In this document: piece after piece, positions 55,234-64,000 of the stretch
Layout of the letters: every line of letters begins with the position of its first letter
How positions within the stretch are numbered: position 1 is the first letter of the stretch
DNA from: Chrysomallon squamiferum
Taxonomy: Eukaryota; Animalia; Mollusca
Assembly (NCBI GenBank): GCA_012295275.1
Contig: CM022672.1
Location: 3,534,001-3,598,000 of the forward strand
Length of the DNA stretch: 64,000 nt
Direction: 5' to 3'
Notes under the pieces: model-generated
Told to the model about the DNA's origin: nothing
Database searches by the model: none
Seen by the model: the letters and a program-made list of their open reading frames with translations, nothing else
Position numbers and translations under genes: made by a program

Positions 55234-56184
55234 ACATGGCTATGTACATGTTTTTTAGTTTTCTTAACCATGATAAAAAGATAACTTTCATCGCTACTAC
55301 AGAGATAAATTCCCATGCTGGACCGGATAATCTGCTAAATGAAGAAAATCGAAGAATTTATAAATGTCGGAGCTATCTGGAACAGGATTGGATTGCGGAT
55401 TCATGTTTTTATTAAAAAAAAATAAAAAAATAAAAAATAAATAAAAACGTACACTCACGACACACCAAATATCGTGTCTTAGTGATAATCAGTCAGTCAT
55501 ATGACACCTTCGAAAGTTAATGCAAATCTATCTTGGGCAAATTACCCAGTGTTTTTCGCAGCACGATGACAGCGTGTGTGTTAGATAATTGAAAAAAAGA
55601 AGGCAAAGTGGCATTATATTTCATTTTTGTTCTTGCGACACTGATATGTAATTATATTTCGTGTAATGGGTGTTTCAGTATGTGCGTATATGCGTGCGTC
55701 TATATATGTCTATGTTTAAAGACTGCGATATGGATTAAAGTTATAAAAAGATTCAGTGTTTTCTAATTTTAGTTAAGTGATCAGATAAATAAATAAAAGA
55801 AAACGTTAAAAAGTATATCAAAATAAAATGAGGAGTTACCTTTGTTCTATATACATTTCATTCTTTAATATAATATAATATAATATAATATTTTTTTTTT
55901 TTCAAATTGTCTTTCTTTTTCTCTATAGGTTTCAGAGAATTTTATACTTACTTCAAACATTTTACTCGTTTGGATTTAATTTAATTAGGTTTATATTTAT
56001 AACTGTAATTTATTTAAATCTACACAATTCTGAATTCACCTTAAACTAGTTCATACTTTTCTTTCACTCTCTCTCTCTCTCTCTCTCTTTCTTTTTTATT
56101 TATTTATTATTATTATTTTTTTAATTATCGTTAATAATAAATGTAAAGAGATTTCGATACATTGATATTTATCCCTTATTATGA

Positions 56185-56345
56185 ATTATTTGGCGACAGA
56201 TGTCGAACTATTCCGAACAACCGCCTCCATAGCGTCATCTTCCGGAGATGTTCGACAACTAATGTTCTGCTTCCTGTTTAACTTGCTAGTCCGAGTTACC
56301 GGTTATCCACGTTCGTAAATATTGAAACATTGTTATGTGACACGT
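56185..56345 (+). promoter_or_regulatory. Probable MOGS promoter region
   Basis: CpG-rich patch 100-250 bp upstream of the ATG, with ETS-like CTTCCGG and CTTCCTG motifs, set in otherwise very AT-rich DNA. Confidence 0.4.
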
Positions 56346-56440
56346 TAGCAAACATTTCGGTATATATTGCAAAATCGTTTTTGTTAATTTGTAGTTGCAT
56401 TAAAAAATTTAAAAATTGTAGGTTAACTAAAATACATGCA

Positions 56441-59400
56441 ATGACGAAAGAACTTCGACGTAGAATACGACATCGGAATGGACCGTCTGTTTCTTCTAAA
56501 TCAAATGATGGGGCAAAACGACCAAAGACTAAAGTTGACATATTTGTTAAAATATTAGCTACTGGTGCATTGGTCACAATAGTTAGTTTAGTAGCGTATT
56601 ACAGATACCAGTCATTTCTGAAAAATATTGTGATAACACCTTTAAGTTCACCAAAGATTTTGGCTGCTAATAGTTCAAGTCCAGCGGTAAATTCGGATCG
56701 GTACTGGGGTACATACAGATCACACACTTACTTTGGTTTAAAGACGAGAACGCCAAAGTCACCAGTTGTAGGTTTGTATTTTATTAATAATATAATTTCT
56801 TACAATTAGTATTACGAATATAATCCTATAAATTATTTTGAATAATTTTCTTTGCAGTAAATCAATAAATTATTAATGTTATCTGTCAGAAGGTTTGATT
56901 TTAAAACAGAAACTAAATTTTATATATATTTCACTGTAAGACACTGATGTTTGTATTCAGAAGTAAAATGTAGTTGTCAGCTGATATTTTTAATTTTTAA
57001 ATATATTTTTAACAGGTTTAATGTGGCTGCCACAGTTTACAGGTGTCATGCCCCCTCCAGTCAGACATTGGTGTGATCAAGCAGACAACATTCAGAAATA
57101 TGGCTGGCTAGCTCATGATGGGATTAATTTTGGAGTGCAAGAAATTGAAGAGAACACATTTACATTAAGAACAGAGTTTGTCAAAAGACCAGGAGGAAAT
57201 TATGGTGGTGATTGGACGGCCAGATTTACTGTGAAACCAAAAGTAATCCAAATTCTATATTCGTGATAATTTTAGATATATAATATGCAATAAGAATTAT
57301 TTGACTGAAATAATCTAAACTATATTTAAACAATATTGTTCAAGGATTAAAATTTTATTTAGTGAAACACTGCAACAGAAATATCACTTTACTTAACCTT
57401 AAAGTAATTGAAGTAACCAGTTTCTGTTTCACATTGTCATAATGGGTTAGTATTTTGTAGTGTAAATTTCAACTGGGTTTAAGGAATCATGGATTTTATG
57501 TTTTTGACATGTCAGCAGTAACCAGTATCTGGAATTTAATTTGAAATTAAATCTTAGTCTGAGTTTTAATTAGGATAAGTTTCATTAATGTACTTAGTGG
57601 AAATTATTTATGTTTATTTAAATTATAATTAGATTCCTGATCATCCAGTAGTGGTTTCGCTGATGTTCTACATAGCATTAGAGGGAGATGGGCACCTGGA
57701 AGTTGAAGCAAACAAGAAAAGACTCTCTGCAGTGAAAGGCATAACTGAAGAACTTGGAAGATTTGAGATAAAATTTCCAAAGACTGTTTCTTCTGTTCAG
57801 AAATTTCACCATCTAATAACACATGCCAGTCGCCTTGACAAATTAAAAGATGTCCTCCTCCAAGCAATGGCCATTGACAACTGGGACAAGTCTAATAAAC
57901 TCCCATATTTTACATTCAATGGCCAGTATGTACCCAGAGACACAAAGGCCAACTACATTGTCCATCAAGTAACAGCATTATTGCCGCTTCAGTTGGAAGT
58001 CATTTTTGAATCAGCAAGTTTTCATGACCGACCCAACACTCTGTCAGGAGACATTTTTTCTGCAGAACTCCTTAAATATCAGAATGCATTTGATGTTAAG
58101 TTTGAAAGGTTGTTTCCTTTAGAAAAAAAGGCTATGGTAAAGATCATATTTCATTTGCAAAAGCTGCACTCAGCAATATGCTTGGCAGTATTGGGTATTT
58201 TTATGGATCTTCCCTGGTTCAGTCAGCATATAATGATGAACCAGTGTCTTACTGGGATGCTCCTCTCTACACTGGTGTGCCATCAAGACCATTCTTTCCA
58301 CGTGGTTTTCTCTGGGATGAAGGTTTTCATAATCTTCTGATCAGTCAGTGGGACCAGAACATTTCTGTAGACATTATAGCTCACTGGTTTGATTTGATGA
58401 ACACTGAAGGATGGATTCCAAGAGAACAAATTCTAGGAGTTGAGGCACGTGCCAAGGTTCCTCCTCAGTTTATAGTACAGAGAAACAAAAATGCAAACCC
58501 TCCCACGTTTTTCTTACCTTTAAAACACATAATTAAAAACATGATAAATTCCAACACTGTGAAAGATAAAGCTTTCCTGAGTGCACTGTTTCCAAGATTA
58601 AAAGCTTGGTTTTCCTGGTACAACATCAGTCAAGTTGGGAACAAGCCTACCACCTACAGATGGCGAGGACGTGATCCAAAAAACACAAAACAGTTCAATC
58701 CACTGACTCTGACATCAGGTCTGGATGACTTCCCAAGAGCTTCACATCCAAATGATGAGGAATATCATGTTGATCTCAGATGCTGGTTAGCACTGGCTTC
58801 TGGTGTGATGGCAGACATAGCACGTTCGCTAGACAAAAACTGGCAGATCTACGACTTGACCCATCAACGTTTGACTGACAACAACCTCCTGGATGAACTA
58901 CACTGGTCAGAGAAAGGTCAACAGTACAGTGACTATGGTCTGCATACTGATCGAGTGAAACTGGAGAGGCCAAAACGACCAGAACATCTTCAGCCAGGTC
59001 AGAGACCTCCACAACAAGACAAAATTCGCACAGTGCAAGAAGAGCCTCAACTTCAGTTTGTCAATTCTTTGGGTTATGTCAGTCTGTTTCCTTTCTTATT
59101 GCGAATAGTGGATCCCATATCCCCAAAATTGTACAAAATACTGAGTGATTTGAAAAATCCTTCACTTCTGTGGTCAGACTACGGTTTACGATCATTGTCA
59201 AAAAGTGCTAAACTTTACAACCGTTACAATACAGAACATGATCCACCTTACTGGAGAGGAGCAGTATGGATTAACATGAATTATTTAGCTCTTTCAGCTT
59301 TAGACTTTTACTCAAAAGAAAGAGGACCATACCAAGAGACAGCTCGTTCTGTTTACAAGGAATTAAGGACTAATATTGTCAATAACATGCTAAAAGAATA

Positions 59401-59518
59401 CAAGAGAACAGGGTATATGTGGGAAAATTACAGTGACAAGACTGGTGAAGGTAAAGGCAGCCATCCCTTCACAGGCTGGTCTGCACTGGTTGTGCTTATA
59501 ATGGGCGAGAAGTATTAA
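56441..59518 (+). CDS. MOGS: Mannosyl-oligosaccharide glucosidase (ER glucosidase I, GH63), ~814 aa; one base missing at 58123-58129
   Basis: Exons 56441-56771, 57016-57242 and 57633-59518. Arg-rich N-terminus and a TM helix, then YWGTYR, RHWC, LYTGVPSRPFFPRGFLWDEGFH, GWIPREQILG, TLTSGLDDFPRASHP, PPYWRGAVWINMNY and WENY..TGEG.G..PFTGWS. The frame changes at LEKK/GYGKD. Confidence 0.95.
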
Positions 59519-62500
59519 AGTTTCATTCCATTTAACACTGAACAATCAGTAACTTTTATGTTTCTCCTGGATAAAAGGTAGCACATTATTTACATCTTTA
59601 TCATCTGATTTCATTGCTTATCATAATTTTATATGCATTACCAGAATAATTTATATTTAGGATAAATTACCATCCTAAAACAATATCATGTTTTACATCA
59701 CTGTTATATATGCACTTACTTTTTTTTAAATTTGTATACTTATTAAAATTACATTCATGTGTTTTGTATATCTTGTGTATTCTTAACTGATAATGTACTT
59801 ATTGTATAAATTACGTGGCAGCAATTACTAATTTTACATTTATATAACTAAAAATAAATAAATAATGAAATTAAAAATATTAGTTTGAGTACATGTTTCA
59901 AAAACTGGTTGTATGTATACATTTGTATACTTCTGTCACTTATTATCATGTTAAAAAAAAATAACTAAAAAATATGTTAATAAAGAAAAGTATACAAAGA
60001 CATGACCTGATTTGTCAACTTTGTAAGGATGCTGAGAGTTGGTTGAACTTGAGGGTATGGTTATGAGCTTAAGACTGACCTGGGTTCACATCCATACCAA
60101 TCACAGATGTATTTTTAGGTACCATGCATGCAGCTATTAACAGTATTAAAGGAATCATATTTAAACAGTAATAAAGTAAATCATCTCTGCCATATGCACA
60201 CACACGTAAAATTAATTTTGCTATTAGAAAATATTTTTATGGTACTGGTAAATTTATATAATTGTACTTCACTGTTCTATGCATATTGTGCCAAAATAAA
60301 AAAAAGACATGAAAATAGTGAATTTAACTATAGTTTATATAAGACAAACACCAAAATAATTTTATTCCCAGTTTATTTTGTGTAATAATTATACACAACT
60401 GAGTAAAAGCTGGTTCAAAAGTTGCAGATGAAATTTAAAAAAACTAACAGCATAAATTAATATGGAAGATTAAAAAATCAACAAGTGTTGCAAACAATAC
60501 ACAAACAACACTAAATGGTGTTTTCATCATCTCTGTAAGTCTGGTGATTTCTCATTATTAAAATCAGAATTTTAAACCTTGGTATTCAAATGAACATAAA
60601 TAAAACCAGACCTATTATTTAAATGAATGAGACAGACCAATGTACGTATGGACAAACACCCATAGAACTTAATAAACTGGTTTATATAATGCCAAACAAT
60701 TATTCTTTGTATTTAGTACTTTGAATAATAATTATTACAAGACTTTTATTTAGTAGTAAATCTTTTGCTTTAAACTCACATTCTGGTCAAGCCTGTGTAA
60801 CAGTATCTTTAAGTACTATCTTTAAGCTCTCCCTGCAGATAGCATTGTAATATAATGTCTTAATTCTCAATTTCCCCCTTCTCTTTCTCAAATAATAACA
60901 GAGGTAACCTTCAGTATCATATGCTAGGGTGTTAATAATAAAACTTGGTGATTTTAATTAATATTTTAAGTATATAACCTAAAATGGTTGCCTGAACCTT
61001 ACTTATAAATTCTTATTTGAAATTAATATTAAAAATTCATATTAAAAAAAAAAAAACAAATGTACAAAAAATAAATAAAAGTAAATTATTCATCTATGAA
61101 TTACTCTTCCGTGAATCTACAAAAGACTTGAAAAGAAAATTTGAAGTAAAAGCTATTGTTAAGATTTCCACTTAAAACCACAACCACAAAAATGAGATAT
61201 CCCTTGCAACAAAAGATAACTGCTAATATTTAACTGGTTCGAATTTCACCTGAAGAAAGTATATAAAAGCTAAAAATGAAAGAAGAAAAAGAAAGACATT
61301 TATTATATTATGTGTCTGACAATTTGTGAAAATAGCCAAGTTTAAAATGTTTGATGTAATATTTTGAAAATTATGTTTCTGTGGATTTTATCAAAGCCTA
61401 ATAATTATATAAGCCTGAAAATCAAATTATGACAAAGCAAAAAAAAAAAAAAAAAAAAAAAATCAATATTGCAAGATAGCAATAATAAAAATAAAACTGA
61501 GCTTGGGAAATGTTTTTTACTGGTTGGTTTGATATCTGACTAGTTGTTACTTTCAATGCACACACATTGTATAGTTTTTGGTTATGAATATATCATCATA
61601 TTTACATATATTGTTATTTTGAAGGTTCACACAACTGTATGAATAAACTGATATGCTATAATTTATTAACTACTTGAGATGAACAATTAGAAATAAACGA
61701 ATACAGTTCTTTTTTGCATATTCCATTTTTTAAACACAAACAAGTCTTAAACAGCCACCACAACAAATCTAGCCATAACATTATAATCTTAACCATAATC
61801 TGAAACACATTTTTAAATCTGTTTTAATTAAAAATATAAAACAAATACATTCATTAGATTAAATTTTAATTGTCACAATTAATTTTTTGATCCAAATTTA
61901 AACGAAAATGCAGTTATCTGTCATTGTGTAATATTGTGATTCTATTGTCAACAGAATATAATCCAACTCGAAACAAAAAATTAGCACCTAAACATTTCGC
62001 ACTGAATGGAATATTCAAATATATTGCACAAAGCTTCTGCACCATCATAAAAAATTAAATAAATTTCTCCAAAACAATTTAATGTACTTGAAAATGTCAT
62101 GGGCAGCTATTTCCAAGTTGTCCTTTTAGTATATAAAATTTGAAGTGTGTGTTGTTAACAACCTACATTAAATTCGTGATGATACCTGAAGCATCTTCAA
62201 ATAATTAATGTATATTTAAGAATACTTTATAAACAATTCATCATCTTTCATATTTTCTCTGCACTAATATTCAATTTTTCTATTTTTTTCCAGGATATAT
62301 TTCAAAAAAATTTAAATTCATATTCCTCTTAGAATAATATATCAGTATTGTTTTCTTTGTTGTTTTATCATTTAACCACAGTAATACACAACAAAAGTCA
62401 CAAAAAAAAAAAAAAAAAATCCATTTTGGAACAATTCAGTATAAACGATAATTGTTTATTTTATTTATTTTAAATGATCATAGTCAAAATAAAAAATGTT

Positions 62501-63716
62501 TAATAATCTCCATTTGTTTTGAGAAATCAAAAACAATTATAATCATAACGTACAAAAAAAAAAAAAAAAAAAAAAAGTCCTAATAAATTTTTAGAAAAAT
62601 GGCTGTATTATTAATCTTCAGTTTAAAATAACAAAGCAGTATAATCATATTAAAATATTTAATTTTCAATTGATTTCTTTTTCAAAGTCTAACGCTGATG
62701 TGAATCTTTACAATTTTAAATATTTTCATGAACTTAATCTAAGAGTTGTGACCACAGGTCTTGAATATAAAGTGTGTCAGTTAAAAGGAGTGCTTTGGGA
62801 ATTAACCATCTCCCATTTATTGTCAACTTACTTTATATTTAGGGTCACTACTATAGTTACGTCAGTTGTCTTTTCAGAGATTGTGGATCCACTGCAGTGA
62901 AACAGTTCTACTTACGATTAATTATGTAAAATATCTTATGCGTACATGTGTATACACATGTACACATCCATTTAACTTGTAGATTTTTATATTTTAATAC
63001 ATATTTTCTGTCAAATTTGACAGTAAATCAGTCGATGTTAATACACTTTATAGCATATCATGTGGAATGTGAAATTCATTACATGTTGGGAAGTTAATTA
63101 TTATGTTTTTTGTGTTAGTTATTATTATTCTTCTTTAAAGGCTTGTGAAATGTTGCATCTTTTTTTATATATCAAGGATCAGTGGAGAAACTGTCTTATA
63201 AAAAGTTTGAAATAATTAAAAAACCAACCCTGAAAACAAAAGATATACTGAAGTATTAAAACTGATGGCCAAGTACATGAGAAACAATATTTACGTAAAT
63301 AACATCCAAAGTCTTGAGATAACCTAAGCAAAAACTAAACAGGCTTTTTAAATTACTTGTACATCTAGCATTATGTCATTGTTGTTCTTAGGTTGTTTAA
63401 ATCATGTGAAATGTCAGTTTTACACACAGCACTTTTACAAATGACAACAATTTACAGTTGTTTCTCTTATGTATGACTGGCTATTTGATGTATTATGACA
63501 ATATTACTGAAACTGCAGTATACACTGGCATGCAGTCATGTCAGATTCACCAGCTGTTTCACAATTTTTCAAGCATCTGTCCATTAATATCACATGGTCA
63601 GCACTGCATGTTAATGCTTGTCCTGCAGTAGATAGAACATAAATATTTTAAACTGAACATTTACAGGTAGAATTATAATTTAAAATATGTTGTTTCATTT
63701 TTATTTTCTCTAAATC

Positions 63717-63819
63717 CTAGAATGTCTTTCTGTGTATGGCTTTTACACCTTCTTCATTGTACTCTCTCTTTGACACCCACATTTTCTTGAATGTATCCAG
63801 AGATGCAAGAATAGAACCT
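63717..63819 (-). CDS. ACTR1A: Last coding exon of Arp1/centractin (dynactin actin-related protein); gene continues beyond the window
   Basis: tttgaatttcag|A GGT TCT... gives [42 protein letters not shown] and the HRKTF ending are Arp1-like; conventional actin has SLSTFQQMW and HRKCF. Confidence 0.9.
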
Positions 63820-64000
63820 CTGAAATTCAAAAATAAATATGATGCATAAAATAAAAGCGACGTCATTTGTAAGGATCTATAGAAAACAGTGATACACTTC
63901 CAAATTTGTTTTTGACTTTCATATCCACAACTGTTCTCTGACAATTAAGTGACTTTAAATACTGCTTGTTAAACAATCTGAATATAGTGAAAAAATGCAA

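Noticed and set aside
56330-56440. N-terminal extension of MOGS from a TTG start
   Set aside because: Non-AUG start in AT-rich leader; the ATG at 56441 gives the expected short Arg-rich cytosolic tail.
57651-59518. Two separate genes, or a MOGS pseudogene
   Set aside because: A single-base indel joins both ORFs into one full-length GH63 protein with no other lesion.
60030-60105. tRNA-like sequence (gggttcacatcc)
   Set aside because: Only a weak B-box and no cloverleaf; at most a decayed SINE head.

Overview
AT-rich, intron-dense animal genomic DNA, probably a gastropod mollusc (inferred from gene divergence and SINE remnants), with four protein-coding genes. (1) The 3' part of CFAP46/TTC40 (+, 190-35345): 50 exons traced by hand, about 2,130 codons, with one +1 frameshift. 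(2) A complete 3-exon GPI-anchored Ly6/three-finger gene of the quiver/sleepless type (-, 38886-42818). (3) MOGS/glucosidase I (+, 56441-59518), with one missing base in an A7 run. (4) The last exon of Arp1/ACTR1 (-, 63717-63819). Mobile DNA includes an RNase H-bearing LINE remnant, three copies of a TA-flanked MITE, degenerate SINEs and a (GA)n-spaced tandem array. The most striking pattern is that many CFAP46 tandem repeats start at, or copy, a splice junction or the stop codon, creating arrays of decoy donors and acceptors. Also seen: a probable U12-type intron, a candidate 21-nt microexon, and sharp CpG-poor/CpG-normal domain boundaries. No CRISPR array, tRNA or rRNA is supported.
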